Shown: positions 46,746 through 56,846, numbered from the stretch's first letter. The stretch is DNA of 64,000 nt from an uncultured Clostridia bacterium (GCA_946414315.1 CAMKNZ010000012.1:1364-65363); one strand, 5' to 3'. Notes: generated by a model not told the origin, from the letters alone. Made by a program: numbers and translations.

Positions 46746-48494
46746 ATGGAAAATCTCGTTAAGCTTACGATTGACGGCGTCAGTGTTGAAGTTCCGGCCG
46801 GTACGACGGTTCTGGAAGCGGCGAAGAAAGCCGGGATCAACATCCCCACGCTGTGCTACCTGAAGGACATCAACCAGATCGGCGCCTGCCGTATGTGTAT
46901 CGTGGACACCGGCGCCCGCGCTTTCGGCGCGGCCTGCGTGCTGCCCGTGACCAACGGCATGAACGTCAAGACCAATACCCCCAAGATCCGGGAAGCCCGC
47001 CGGGTGAACCTGGAACTGCTCCTGAGCAACCACGACAAGAAGTGCCTGGAATGCGCGCGGAACCAGAAATGCGAACTGCAGCAGCTGTGCCAGGACTTGG
47101 GCGTGGAAGACGTGGACAAGTACAAGGGCAAGATCAACGAGTATGAAATCGACGACCTGAGCCCCTCCATCGTCCGCAACAACAATAAGTGCATCCTGTG
47201 CCGCCGCTGCGTCGCTGCCTGTAACAACACCCAGGCTGTCGGCGTCATCGGACCCATGCAGCGCGGTTTCAAGACAAAGATCGGCAGCGCCTGGGAAATG
47301 CCCCTGAACGACGCGGCCTGCATCAACTGCGGTCAGTGTATCGCGGCCTGCCCGACCGGCGCCCTGTATGAGAAGGACGGCACCAAGGCGGTCTGGAACC
47401 TGCTGGCCGACGAAACCAAGCACGTGGTCGTGCAGCCCGCTCCCGCGGTGCGCGCTGCCCTGGGCGAAGAGTTCGGCATCCCGATGGGCACCTCCGTGAC
47501 CGGCAAGATGGCCGCGGCCCTGCGCCGTCTGGGCTTCGAAAAGGTCTTCGACACCGACTGGGCCGCTGACCTGACGATCATGGAAGAAGGCACCGAGTTC
47601 ATCGGCCGCCTGAAGAACGGCGGAATCCTGCCGATGATCACCAGCTGCTCTCCCGGATGGATCAAGTTCTGCGAAACCTACTATCCGGACTTCATCCCGA
47701 ACCTGTCTTCCTGCAAGTCTCCCCATGAGATGGAAGGCGCGATGATCAAGAGCTACTGGGCGGAGAAGGAAGGCATCGATCCCAAGGATATCCGCGTAGT
47801 GTCCGTGATGCCCTGTACCGCCAAGAAGTTCGAAGCACGCCGTCCCGAACTGAGCCACAACGGCATGCAGGATGTGGACGAAGTCATCACCACCCGCGAA
47901 CTGGCCAAGATGATCAAGGAAGCGGGCATCGACTTCGTGAACCTGCCTGATGAAGACTTTGATCCCGTCCTCGGCGAGAGCACCGGCGCGGGCGTCATCT
48001 TCGGCGCCACCGGCGGCGTGATGGAAGCTGCCCTGCGTACCGTGTATGAGAAGGTTACCGGCAAGACCCTGGATAAGGTCGACTTCGAAGATGTCCGCGG
48101 CACCAAAGGCATCAAGGAAGCCACCGTCAAGGTCGGCGACCTGGACGTCAACGTGGCGGTTGCCCACGGCACCGCGAACGCGGCGAAGCTGCTGGACAGC
48201 ATCCGCAGCGGCGAGAAGACCTACCACTTCATCGAGGTCATGGGATGCCCCGGCGGCTGCGTAACCGGCGGCGGACAGCCCATCGTTTCCGCCCAGAAGC
48301 GGATGGAATGTGATCCCAAGGCCCTGCGCGCCGCGGCTCTGTACAACGAGGACGCGAACAAGCCGGAGCGGAAATCCCACGATAACCCCTCCATCATGGC
48401 TGTGTATAAGGATTACCTGGGTGAGCCCAACAGCCATCTGGCCCACGAACTGCTGCACACCCACTATGTGGAGCGGCCGAAGTACAAGAAGTAA
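46746..48494 (+). CDS. hndD: Group A [FeFe]-hydrogenase catalytic subunit
   Basis: ITSCSPGW, MPCTAKKFE, EVMGCPGGCVTGGGQP, AHELLHTHY; N-terminal FeS clusters. Confidence 0.93.
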   Translation: MENLVKLTIDGVSVEVPAGTTVLEAAKKAGINIPTLCYLKDINQIGACRMCIVDTGARAFGAACVLPVTNGMNVKTNTPKIREARRVNLELLLSNHDKKCLECARNQKCELQQLCQDLGVEDVDKYKGKINEYEIDDLSPSIVRNNNKCILCRRCVAACNNTQAVGVIGPMQRGFKTKIGSAWEMPLNDAACINCGQCIAACPTGALYEKDGTKAVWNLLADETKHVVVQPAPAVRAALGEEFGIPMGTSVTGKMAAALRRLGFEKVFDTDWAADLTIMEEGTEFIGRLKNGGILPMITSCSPGWIKFCETYYPDFIPNLSSCKSPHEMEGAMIKSYWAEKEGIDPKDIRVVSVMPCTAKKFEARRPELSHNGMQDVDEVITTRELAKMIKEAGIDFVNLPDEDFDPVLGESTGAGVIFGATGGVMEAALRTVYEKVTGKTLDKVDFEDVRGTKGIKEATVKVGDLDVNVAVAHGTANAAKLLDSIRSGEKTYHFIEVMGCPGGCVTGGGQPIVSAQKRMECDPKALRAAALYNEDANKPERKSHDNPSIMAVYKDYLGEPNSHLAHELLHTHYVERPKYKK

Positions 48495-48507
48495 TCCATG
48501 GTTTTAC

Positions 48508-48540
48508 AATCGCCGGGAGCATCTCCCGGCGATTTTTGTT
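48508..48540 (+). terminator. Intrinsic terminator
   Basis: AATCGCCGGGAG-cat-CTCCCGGCGATT-TTT. Confidence 0.85.
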
Positions 48541-48570
48541 CAGACAGTGAGTGTCGGGAGAATATTGACC

Positions 48571-48596
48571 GGAACTTTTTCACCGGGTTCTCCGTC
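48571..48596 (+). promoter_or_regulatory. Possible ECF sigma promoter
   Basis: GGAAC-N17-CGTC just upstream of the RBS of the 1087-aa secreted protein. Confidence 0.4.
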
Positions 48597-48622
48597 CTAC
48601 AGGACAGAAGGAGGCGCTGAAA

Positions 48623-51600
48623 ATGAAAAAGGTTTTAATTGCCCTGATGCTGGTACTGGCCATCCTGTGCTGCGCGGCTGCAGGCTGCGCAGAGGGAGAC
48701 GTCAAAAGAGATCAGCTGAAAGTCGGCCTGAGAATGAACGTTCCCGGAAAAACCGGCGCGACGATGGAGGCAGGGGATACCGTTCAGATCACGCTCCGGA
48801 TCACAAATGCTTCCGGCGCGGATTTCGCCAGCGAGATGTACCTGTTTGACCCCGCGAAGGAAAGAGCGGGGGAGTTTCCGCTGCTGAAAGACGGAGAGAG
48901 CGCGGAGTGGTCCGGCGAGTGGACGGTAACGGAAGAGCAGATGGAAGCCGGGAAGTTCACTTACAGGCTCCAGTTCAAATATTTCGATGAAAACGGCGAG
49001 TCAAAGGCTTCATACAAAAACCTGAACATGAAGATCAGTGACGTCGGCAAAAAAGCAGCGGTGAAGTACGCGCCGGTTTTCCTGTACTGTGTTCAGGACA
49101 ACAGCCATTCGGACGGAAAAACCTGTGTATTCTGCATTGACGAGGAGGGTATCGTCTGGAGCACGGCGGAGGCGGACCTGAAACCGGGCTACAGCGAGGA
49201 AGACCTGATGCGGCTGATTCAGGAACGCCGGGGTATGACGAGACGGACGGAGACGCTGCATTCCGCCGCTTACGGTATGTACACCGATGACGAGCTGAAA
49301 GAACTGGCGCAGTGGGCGGCCTCCGTCCCGGCGGCGAAAGGCACACCGGCAGAAACCGGCGTCAATACGGATGAAACCGCAATCTACGCGCTGAAGAACG
49401 GAGAGGACGGGCACGCAGAATCCATCCTGCTTGGGATGAGCGGCCGGCGGCTTTTCGAGAATACGGATCCGAACGCCCAGGCACTGTATCAGTTCATGTG
49501 GACGCAGCTCTACTGGGAAGTGGGTACTTTCCGGTCTCCTTACGGCTTTGCGGCGGAAGGCGTTGCACCTTATGGCTTCAGGACAGTCGGCGTGCGGGAA
49601 TTCCTGGGGCTGGAACAGGTCGACGCTGCGACGGCGGTGATCACCGCCGTGGAGCATGACAGCGAGGCGGGACCGAAGGAACTCGAGGTCACTGAAAAGG
49701 ACCGGGAAGAGGTGCTGGCGATGCTGGAGCGCGGCCTCATCACCCGTAAGGTGAATGACCGGCGCGAGGTCTATAATACGAAGAGCTACCTTTTCCATAC
49801 CGCGGACGGGGAATTCCTGGGCAGTATGGAACTGTCCAGGGGCATGGCGGTGACAAGCGACGGCATGTATCAGATGAGCATTCCGACGGAGAGCACGGAG
49901 AACCTGCCGGAAGAGGAACAGAAACTCCTGAGGGTGAAAATCGAAGGGTTTGATTACCAGCTGGGAAAAACCACGGTACGGGACATGATCCGCGACAGAT
50001 GGAAATGCAGCCTGTCGGGTCACGGAATGTATCGACTGGACAATCAAGACGGTACAAAGCAGTTTGTTGCCAATGGCGAGGGTGACAGCCTGGATGAGCC
50101 CATCACTTTTATCAGTTCTTCCGGGATACAGGAAGGCGTGCCGGAATACTGCGGGTTTGACGGCTATATGGATCCGGAAAATCCAGAGGATCCGGATACG
50201 GTGTGGCGGGAAAAAGCCAGGGAAGCCGCCAAAGCGAACGGAGAAGAAGTTGATGAGGAATACAATCCCCCGTTCGAAGGACTCTATTACTGGCTGAGCA
50301 CCGGCGCCCTGGGCGAAGTGTACAAGGAACCGGACTATCTGGGCGGCGAGATCACCGTCGACGTGACACTGAGCGACGGACGGCTGCTGCAGATCCACGC
50401 GACAAAATCGCTGCCGTTGCACCTGATTCTCAGCGAGCCTGCCGAACCGACTGCCGACCCGACGTCCCGGATCATTATGTACAGCGTCCTGAAGGAAAAA
50501 GCGGACAGCGAAACCTTCAGCGTCTGCTGCATCGACGAAGCAGGGAAAATCTGGACCGCGCGGGACGTCTCTGCGGAGCAGGAGGGAGCCCTCCTGCAGC
50601 TGTTGGCGGAACGAAAAGACATGAAATCGGACAGCCTGCTCTATAACACAGAGAACGGGAAGGATATCCTGGAAGATCGTTTCAAAGACCTGGCGGCCAT
50701 GGCGGATCTTGTGGAAAAGGCAATCGGGGACGCAGTGCCTACCGGTTCGGATACCGGCGAGGAGCGGGTTTATGCCCTGAAGCCGGACGCGGACGGCAAT
50801 CCGGAACCGGTACTGCTCGGCGTGTGCGGCAGTGCGGTCTTTGAGAACAAAGACCGGAATGCCCAGGCACTGTATCAGTTTATGCTGCAGCAGCAGAGTT
50901 TTACCGCACCCTGCAGCTGGGCGGCGGAAGGCCTGACGCCCCATGGCTTTCAGACGGTCAGCGTCCGGGAATTCTTCGGCCTGGAAAGCGTAAATGCGGA
51001 AACGGCGACGATCACCGCGGCAGTGTCAGACAGCATGACGGGCCTGACCGACGTGCAGCTGACGGACGAGGACCGGAAAAAGGCGCAGGCGCTGCTGGAA
51101 CGCGGCGTGGTCCTCGGGAAACACGATCCGTGGATCGTGACAGGCGGCACGATGCACTACTTCTTCTATGACGAAAACGGGAAATGCACAGGCAGCATCG
51201 AGACCTGTGAGGAAGACAGCCTGGCGGTGGGCCCGGACGGCATGTATACGCTGTCCCTGCTGCCGGAGAGTACGGAAGGACTGACGGAGGCGGAAAAGCA
51301 GCTGCTGCACCTGAAGATCAACGGAACAGACTATGAGATCGGAAAGAGCACGCCCCGGGACCTGATCCGGAACGGATGGCTTTGTACCATCGAATACGAA
51401 GGCACCTTTGCTTTTACGGACGAGGAAGGGAAAGAACCCTTCTATATCCGGACCGAGGGCGGAAGCGTGGACGAACCGATCCGGTCGATCAACTGCCAGT
51501 ACGCTGATGAATTCTCCTTCGAATACTGCGGATTTGACGGGGTCGTGGATCCGGACAATCCGGAGGATATGGATACGATATGGAATCAGAAACTGCTGGA

Positions 51601-51886
51601 GAACTGGAAAGCGGAGCATCCCGAATTATACAGCGATCCGGACGAAGACGGGGACGAACCGGGCGGCGAGGAGGAAGGGGACGGACTGTTCTGGGGACCG
51701 ATGGAGCTGTGGATGAAGACGCTGGGTAAGGCGGATGAAGACCCGGATAACAGCCTGGACATCATCGTTACCATGAGCGACGGACATACGCTCCGGATCT
51801 ACACGATTGATTCGCCGCCGAGTCTGAAACTTGGAGATAAGGAACCGATCCGGCTCGGGCCGGAAACGGAAGAAGATGAATGGTAA
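48623..51886 (+). CDS. Secreted hypothetical protein: Ig-like N-domain plus two tandem copies of a roughly 460-aa unknown module
   Basis: Signal peptide; AGDTVQITLRITN...WTVTEEQMEAG Ig-like segment; repeated CIDExG, FENxDxNAQALYQFM, VREFxGLE, EYCGFDGxxDPxNPED motifs at 1386-bp offset. Confidence 0.75.
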   Translation: MKKVLIALMLVLAILCCAAAGCAEGDVKRDQLKVGLRMNVPGKTGATMEAGDTVQITLRITNASGADFASEMYLFDPAKERAGEFPLLKDGESAEWSGEWTVTEEQMEAGKFTYRLQFKYFDENGESKASYKNLNMKISDVGKKAAVKYAPVFLYCVQDNSHSDGKTCVFCIDEEGIVWSTAEADLKPGYSEEDLMRLIQERRGMTRRTETLHSAAYGMYTDDELKELAQWAASVPAAKGTPAETGVNTDETAIYALKNGEDGHAESILLGMSGRRLFENTDPNAQALYQFMWTQLYWEVGTFRSPYGFAAEGVAPYGFRTVGVREFLGLEQVDAATAVITAVEHDSEAGPKELEVTEKDREEVLAMLERGLITRKVNDRREVYNTKSYLFHTADGEFLGSMELSRGMAVTSDGMYQMSIPTESTENLPEEEQKLLRVKIEGFDYQLGKTTVRDMIRDRWKCSLSGHGMYRLDNQDGTKQFVANGEGDSLDEPITFISSSGIQEGVPEYCGFDGYMDPENPEDPDTVWREKAREAAKANGEEVDEEYNPPFEGLYYWLSTGALGEVYKEPDYLGGEITVDVTLSDGRLLQIHATKSLPLHLILSEPAEPTADPTSRIIMYSVLKEKADSETFSVCCIDEAGKIWTARDVSAEQEGALLQLLAERKDMKSDSLLYNTENGKDILEDRFKDLAAMADLVEKAIGDAVPTGSDTGEERVYALKPDADGNPEPVLLGVCGSAVFENKDRNAQALYQFMLQQQSFTAPCSWAAEGLTPHGFQTVSVREFFGLESVNAETATITAAVSDSMTGLTDVQLTDEDRKKAQALLERGVVLGKHDPWIVTGGTMHYFFYDENGKCTGSIETCEEDSLAVGPDGMYTLSLLPESTEGLTEAEKQLLHLKINGTDYEIGKSTPRDLIRNGWLCTIEYEGTFAFTDEEGKEPFYIRTEGGSVDEPIRSINCQYADEFSFEYCGFDGVVDPDNPEDMDTIWNQKLLENWKAEHPELYSDPDEDGDEPGGEEEGDGLFWGPMELWMKTLGKADEDPDNSLDIIVTMSDGHTLRIYTIDSPPSLKLGDKEPIRLGPETEEDEW

Positions 51887-51904
51887 GGCCGGAACGGAAT
51901 ACAG

Positions 51905-51930
51905 GAGGCGGGCAGAGCACCGCCTCTTTT
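51905..51930 (+). terminator. Intrinsic terminator
   Basis: GAGGCGG...CCGCCTC-TTTT. Confidence 0.6.
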
Positions 51931-51932
51931 CA

Positions 51933-51961
51933 TTGCCTGCGGATGCCGATTATGGTAAAAT
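51933..51961 (+). promoter_or_regulatory. sigma70 promoter for the FRG gene
   Basis: TTGCCT-N17-TAAAAT with TG extension. Confidence 0.55.
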
Positions 51962-51990
51962 TATATGAATACGGAAGGGAGTGTGACAGG

Positions 51991-52791
51991 ATGATCCGGG
52001 AAGTTAGGGTTGAGACGCTGGAAGACCTGATGCCGCTGCTGAGCGAGCAGGATTTCCGGCCGGAGCTGCATCGGAACCGGAGCGGTTATCTGTACCGGGG
52101 CATGCCGAATTCGGAATACAAAATGACGACCAGCCTGAGCCGCTGCTGCAAGGACAAGCAGCAGATGCTGGAGCCGGCCATCCTGAACAATTTCGCCAAA
52201 TACGCCGTACGGGAGGACCCGACGGTGGAACATAACGTGTGGTACCAGATGATCACCGGGCAGCACAACGGCCTGCCGACGCGGCTGCTGGACTGGACCC
52301 ACTCCTCGCTGGTAGCGCTGCATTTTGCCATGACGGAAGACAACCTGGAGGAGATGGACGATCACGACTGCGCGGTCTGGCGCATCGACATGAACGAGCA
52401 GATTGCCCATCTGCCGGAGAAATACCGGGCGGCTGTCGGAAAGCAGCAGACGACGCTGTTCTCCGTGGATATGCTGACGAAGATTACGGACAGCCTGTAT
52501 CAGTATGACGAGGATATGGGCGACCGGAGCATGGTCATCGTTGAACCGCCGAGCACCAATGACCGGATTATTATGCAGTATTCCTTCTTCTCGGTGATCC
52601 CGATGGGGATGACGGATATTGAGGAGTTCCTGAACGATCATACGAAGAACACGGTGAAGTATGTGATCGACAAGAGGCTGCGGTGGCGTGTGAGGGATAT
52701 GCTGGACAGCCTGAATATCAGCGAACGGCTGCTGTATCCCGGCCTGGAAGGCCTCAGCAAATGGATCGCGAGACACTACTACGTTAAATAA
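51991..52791 (+). CDS. FRG domain protein
   Basis: YLYRGM...TSLSR, QHNGLPTRLLDWT...VALHFA, RIIMQYSFF, LNISERLLYPGLEG. Confidence 0.9.
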   Translation: MIREVRVETLEDLMPLLSEQDFRPELHRNRSGYLYRGMPNSEYKMTTSLSRCCKDKQQMLEPAILNNFAKYAVREDPTVEHNVWYQMITGQHNGLPTRLLDWTHSSLVALHFAMTEDNLEEMDDHDCAVWRIDMNEQIAHLPEKYRAAVGKQQTTLFSVDMLTKITDSLYQYDEDMGDRSMVIVEPPSTNDRIIMQYSFFSVIPMGMTDIEEFLNDHTKNTVKYVIDKRLRWRVRDMLDSLNISERLLYPGLEGLSKWIARHYYVK

Positions 52792-52794
52792 TTA

Positions 52795-52960
52795 TACTGG
52801 CGCTCACTGCCTGGGGATCCCGATTTGGGGACCGCTTGCGCTTGTGTCCTCGTGCAGGGGTTCTAAGCTCTGACTTCGCAGAAGCTCGTCAATCGCTAAG
52901 AACCCGCACTGCGGATGTCGCCCAAATCGGAAATCCCCGTCGCGTTCGCGTTGACCAGTA
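52795..52960. repeat. About 165-bp imperfect palindromic intergenic element (MITE/REP-like or structured RNA)
   Basis: Nested inverted pairs TACTGG/CCAGTA, GGGGATCCCGATTTGGG/CCCAAATCGGAAATCCCC, GTGCAGGGGTTCT/AGAACCCGCAC, TGAC/GTCA. Confidence 0.6.
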
Positions 52961-52985
52961 ATTGCAGTAGATTGGAGAAACAGAC

Positions 52986-54974
52986 ATGACAAGAAAAAGT
53001 GTGTTGATTATATGCACGGTCTGTTTCCTCATGCTGTTTTTGGGTGCGGCCCGGGCGGATGTGATCATCAATGAGGTCATGGCGTCCAACGGGTTTTATG
53101 AAAGCGGTCATGCCTGGGACTGGGTGGAACTGTATAACAACGGGAAAGAGACGGTGGATCTTTCCGGATGGGGATTTACGGACAGCAAGAAGGACCTGTA
53201 CAAGTTCACGTTTCCGGACGGGGCGAAGCTGAAGGGCGGGGAGTACCTGACCATCTGGTGCACGGGAACAGAGAACAAAACGCCGGGGAAGGGCAAGGAG
53301 TTTTACGCGGATTTCAAGATCTCCTCGTCGGGCGAAAAGCTGCGGCTGACCAACGCCAATGAAGAAGAGATCCAGAAGGTGGAACTGCCGGCACAATACG
53401 GCTGCGTCAGCTACGGCCTGCCTTCCGGCGGCGGGGAATACGGCTTTTTTGAGAATCCCACCCGGGACAAGAAAAACGACGCGGAGGCGTATGCCGGCCG
53501 GGCGGCGGAACCGCAGATCGTTACGGCAGCCGGGTTCTATGAAGGCAGCGTGACCGTGGAGGTCCGGGGCGAAGACGGCGCGGACCTGCGCTATACCACG
53601 GACGGGGAAACGCCGACAAAGAAGAGCAAAGCCTTCCCGGCGGAGGGGCTGACCCTGAAGAAGACCACGCCGCTGCGGGTGAAGGCATTCCGGGAGGACA
53701 CGGTCTCCTCGACGACAGCAGGCGCGACTTTCTTTATCGACGACGCGCCGCAGACGGCGATCGTTTCCCTGATTTCCGACGACAAATACCTGTTCAATAA
53801 GAAGACAGGCATGCTGACAAAGGGAAGCGGAAACTATCCGAACTACGCCAAAGAATATGAGTATCCCGTTCATATCGAATACTTCAGCAAAGACGGGAAG
53901 ATGGAGATCAGCCAGACCGGCACGATGACCACCTCCGGTCACAGCGCGCTGGTCAACGCCCAGAAGAGCATCGCCCTGTATGCCCGGAAAGCGTGGGGCG
54001 CCGACCGGTTCGCGTTCAATCCGTTCCCGACCCGGGACTATGAAAGCTACAAGAGCCTGCTGCTGCGGTCAACCAACAGCGATTATTCCGCCACCCGGCT
54101 GCGGGACGTCGTGGCCAGCTCGCTGGCGGAAGGGCAGGGGATCCTGTACCAGGACCATGTGGTGATCCAGGTCTACATCAACGGCCGCTACTGGGGCCAT
54201 TACAACCTGCGGGAAAAGATCAACAAATACTTTGTCGCGGCCTATGAAGACGTGACGGATGAGAAGGACATCGACAGCATCGACATCCTGGCCCGGACGG
54301 GAACGGACGAGTTCCTGCAGAACGGGGACAACAAGGACTGGCTGGCCCTGTGCGATTTCTGCAAAAAGAACGACCTGAACGATCCGGAGAACATGGTCCG
54401 GGTGGAGCGGGAACTGGACATTGACAATATGTTTACCCATGCCGCCTATGAAATCATCCTGGGCAATATCGACTTTACGAATGTGCGGGTCTACCGGGTG
54501 CCGGGCGGCAAATGGAAATATTTGCTGTTTGACGTGGAGGCCTGCTGGCGGAACCTGGACACGACGCCGATCGAACTGTATATCAAACCCCTGAACGCGA
54601 AGATCCAGGGTTTCCGGCATGAGCCGCTGAACGCACTGCTGAAGGTGCCGGAGATGAAGGCAAAGTTCCTGAACCGGGTGAGTGAGCTGCTGGCGACGGT
54701 GTTCCGCTGGGACAATGTGGAGAAACATTTCGACGATGTGATCGCCCAGCTGAAGCCGATCCTACCCCGGCACATCGAGCGCTGGAAGAACATGAAGATG
54801 GACAACTGGAAGGTCAACATCCATGCAACGAAGTATTACGCCCGGGTCAGGCCGAAGAAGATTCCGGAGATGCTCAAGAAGCGGATGAAGCTGACGAACG
54901 CGGAGTATGAGGAATACTTCGGAGAGACGCTGAAACTGTTGGAAGAGACGAACAAAAGGCCGGAGAACGAATAA
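52986..54974 (+). CDS. Secreted CotH kinase family protein with lamin-tail and Fn3/CHB_HEX-like domains
   Basis: VIINEVMASN...DWVELYN (LTD), RYTTDGETPT, VYINGRYWGHYNLREK, WKYLLFDVE. Confidence 0.88.
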   Translation: MTRKSVLIICTVCFLMLFLGAARADVIINEVMASNGFYESGHAWDWVELYNNGKETVDLSGWGFTDSKKDLYKFTFPDGAKLKGGEYLTIWCTGTENKTPGKGKEFYADFKISSSGEKLRLTNANEEEIQKVELPAQYGCVSYGLPSGGGEYGFFENPTRDKKNDAEAYAGRAAEPQIVTAAGFYEGSVTVEVRGEDGADLRYTTDGETPTKKSKAFPAEGLTLKKTTPLRVKAFREDTVSSTTAGATFFIDDAPQTAIVSLISDDKYLFNKKTGMLTKGSGNYPNYAKEYEYPVHIEYFSKDGKMEISQTGTMTTSGHSALVNAQKSIALYARKAWGADRFAFNPFPTRDYESYKSLLLRSTNSDYSATRLRDVVASSLAEGQGILYQDHVVIQVYINGRYWGHYNLREKINKYFVAAYEDVTDEKDIDSIDILARTGTDEFLQNGDNKDWLALCDFCKKNDLNDPENMVRVERELDIDNMFTHAAYEIILGNIDFTNVRVYRVPGGKWKYLLFDVEACWRNLDTTPIELYIKPLNAKIQGFRHEPLNALLKVPEMKAKFLNRVSELLATVFRWDNVEKHFDDVIAQLKPILPRHIERWKNMKMDNWKVNIHATKYYARVRPKKIPEMLKKRMKLTNAEYEEYFGETLKLLEETNKRPENE

Positions 54975-54989
54975 CAAACGGAGAAAACA

Positions 54990-56030
54990 ATGATTAAACT
55001 GCTTGGACATATCATCAACGACGGAGAGATGAACTGGCTGATCTCGTCGGCGGCTGAGGCGGGGTTCCGGGTGACCGGGGCCACAAGGGTACTGCTGAAA
55101 CTGCGGGCGGACGATTCGGTGCTGGATCCGGCGAAGGAAACGCTGCTGCCCCGCTTTGAGGTCCGGCTGGACGGGAAGAAGATCCTGGACGCCCGGCTGA
55201 CGGCAAAGGACGCATCTGTCACTGTGTTTGAAGGAGACGAAAAGCGGGACGTGGACATCCGCCTGATCAAGCTGAACGAAGGCAACAGCCTGTTCGCCCT
55301 GAAGGAGATCATGACGGACGGAACGGTGGAACCGCTGCCGGACAGGCCGCTGAAGATGGAATTCATCGGGGATTCCATCACCTGCGGCTACGGGGTGGAA
55401 GGAAAGAGCGAAATGGAGACCTTCACCACAGCTACGGAGAACGCGGCCAAGGGCTTTGCCTTCCTGACGGCGGAGGCGCTGAACGCTGACGCGGTGCTGA
55501 CCTGCTATTCCGGCCACGGGATCATCTCCGGCTATACCGGGGATCCGGCGGTCATCAACGACGCGGACCTGGTGCCGCCCTATTATGAAAAGGAAGGGCG
55601 GAACGAATGGCGCCTGCCCACCGGAAAGTATGCCCAGGAAACAGAGCGGGATTTCAGCAAATTCCAGCCGGATTATATCGTACTGAACCTGGGGACCAAC
55701 GACCTGAGCTGGTGCCAGGCGGACGAAGCGCGGGGGAAGGCCTACGCGGAGCTGTACAAGGCATTCCTGAAGACCGTGAGGAAGGACAATCCCAAAGCAC
55801 GGATCCTCTGCACGCTGGGCGTGATGGGCACCGTGCTGAACCCGATGATGCAGCTGGCGGCGGAGGAATACTGCAAGGAGACCGGGGACAGGCAGATCCG
55901 AGTGCTGCTGCTGGAGGAACAGGACGCGGCCCGGGACGGGTACGGATCCGATTATCACCCCAATGAAATCACCCAGCGGCTGCTGGCCGGTGCAGTAACC
56001 GACGCGCTGCGGAAGTGGATGGCAACATGA
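54990..56030 (+). CDS. SGNH/GDSL esterase (CE2-like carbohydrate acetylesterase)
   Basis: MEFIGDSITCGYG, NLGTND, DYHP. Confidence 0.85.
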   Translation: MIKLLGHIINDGEMNWLISSAAEAGFRVTGATRVLLKLRADDSVLDPAKETLLPRFEVRLDGKKILDARLTAKDASVTVFEGDEKRDVDIRLIKLNEGNSLFALKEIMTDGTVEPLPDRPLKMEFIGDSITCGYGVEGKSEMETFTTATENAAKGFAFLTAEALNADAVLTCYSGHGIISGYTGDPAVINDADLVPPYYEKEGRNEWRLPTGKYAQETERDFSKFQPDYIVLNLGTNDLSWCQADEARGKAYAELYKAFLKTVRKDNPKARILCTLGVMGTVLNPMMQLAAEEYCKETGDRQIRVLLLEEQDAARDGYGSDYHPNEITQRLLAGAVTDALRKWMAT

Positions 56031-56686
56031 AACTGAGATATCCCTGCCTGGTGCTGGACCACGATGATACGACGGTGAACTCCACCGCCACGGTCCACTA
56101 TCCCTGCTTTGTGGAATACATGGCCAAGTTTTTTCCCGACGTGCATATGTCGCTGGAGGAGTATTTCGTCTACAACTTTGACCCGGGCGTGGTGGACCTG
56201 TTTACAAAGATCTGCGGGATGACCTGGGAACAGATGCTGGACGAGGAACAGTATTGGAAGGAATATGTTAAGCACCACGTGCCGGAAGCCTATCCGGGTA
56301 TCCGGGAGATCCTGCTGGAGCAGAAAAGGCGGGGCGGGAAGGTCTGCGTGGTCAGCCATTCCTTTACGGAAAACATCCTGCGGGATTACCGGGAAAACGG
56401 CCTGCCGGAGCCGGACCTGATCTATGGCTGGGAATACCCGCCGGAGCAGCGGAAACCGGCGGTCTGGCCGCTGGAACAGATCATGAAAACCTTCGGGATG
56501 AAACCGGAGGAGCTGCTGGTCGTGGATGACCTGAAACCGGGATACGACATGGCGAAAGCCGCCGGCGTACCCTTTGCCGCCGCCGGCTGGGCGAACGACA
56601 TTCCGCAGATCGAAAGCTTCATGCGGGCAAACTGCGGACTGTACTTCAAGACGGTCAAGGAACTGCAGGCATACCTTTTCGAATGA
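56027..56686 (+). CDS. HAD-superfamily hydrolase
   Basis: LVLDHDDT, RKP, VVDDLKPG. Confidence 0.85.
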   Translation: MKLRYPCLVLDHDDTTVNSTATVHYPCFVEYMAKFFPDVHMSLEEYFVYNFDPGVVDLFTKICGMTWEQMLDEEQYWKEYVKHHVPEAYPGIREILLEQKRRGGKVCVVSHSFTENILRDYRENGLPEPDLIYGWEYPPEQRKPAVWPLEQIMKTFGMKPEELLVVDDLKPGYDMAKAAGVPFAAAGWANDIPQIESFMRANCGLYFKTVKELQAYLFE

Positions 56687-56722
56687 AAAAGAACCGAATC
56701 AAAGAAAAATGAACACAAATAA

Positions 56723-56759
56723 AAAAGTTGCATCCGATCGCAGATTGGATGCAACTTTT
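56723..56759. terminator. Long hairpin, probable terminator
   Basis: AAAAGTTGCATCCGATC-gca-GATTGGATGCAACTTTT. Confidence 0.7.
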
Positions 56760-56800
56760 GAGTAAAAAATCAAACAAAATTGCAAAAAGTGCAAATGATA

Positions 56801-56846
56801 TTGAAAACGATACCGATTGACTTTCGTTTTTGTGGATTGCTATACT
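56801..56846 (+). promoter_or_regulatory. LacI/cre-like operator plus sigma70 promoter
   Basis: TTGAAAACGATACCGA directly upstream of TTGACT-N18-TATACT (TG-extended). Confidence 0.55.
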
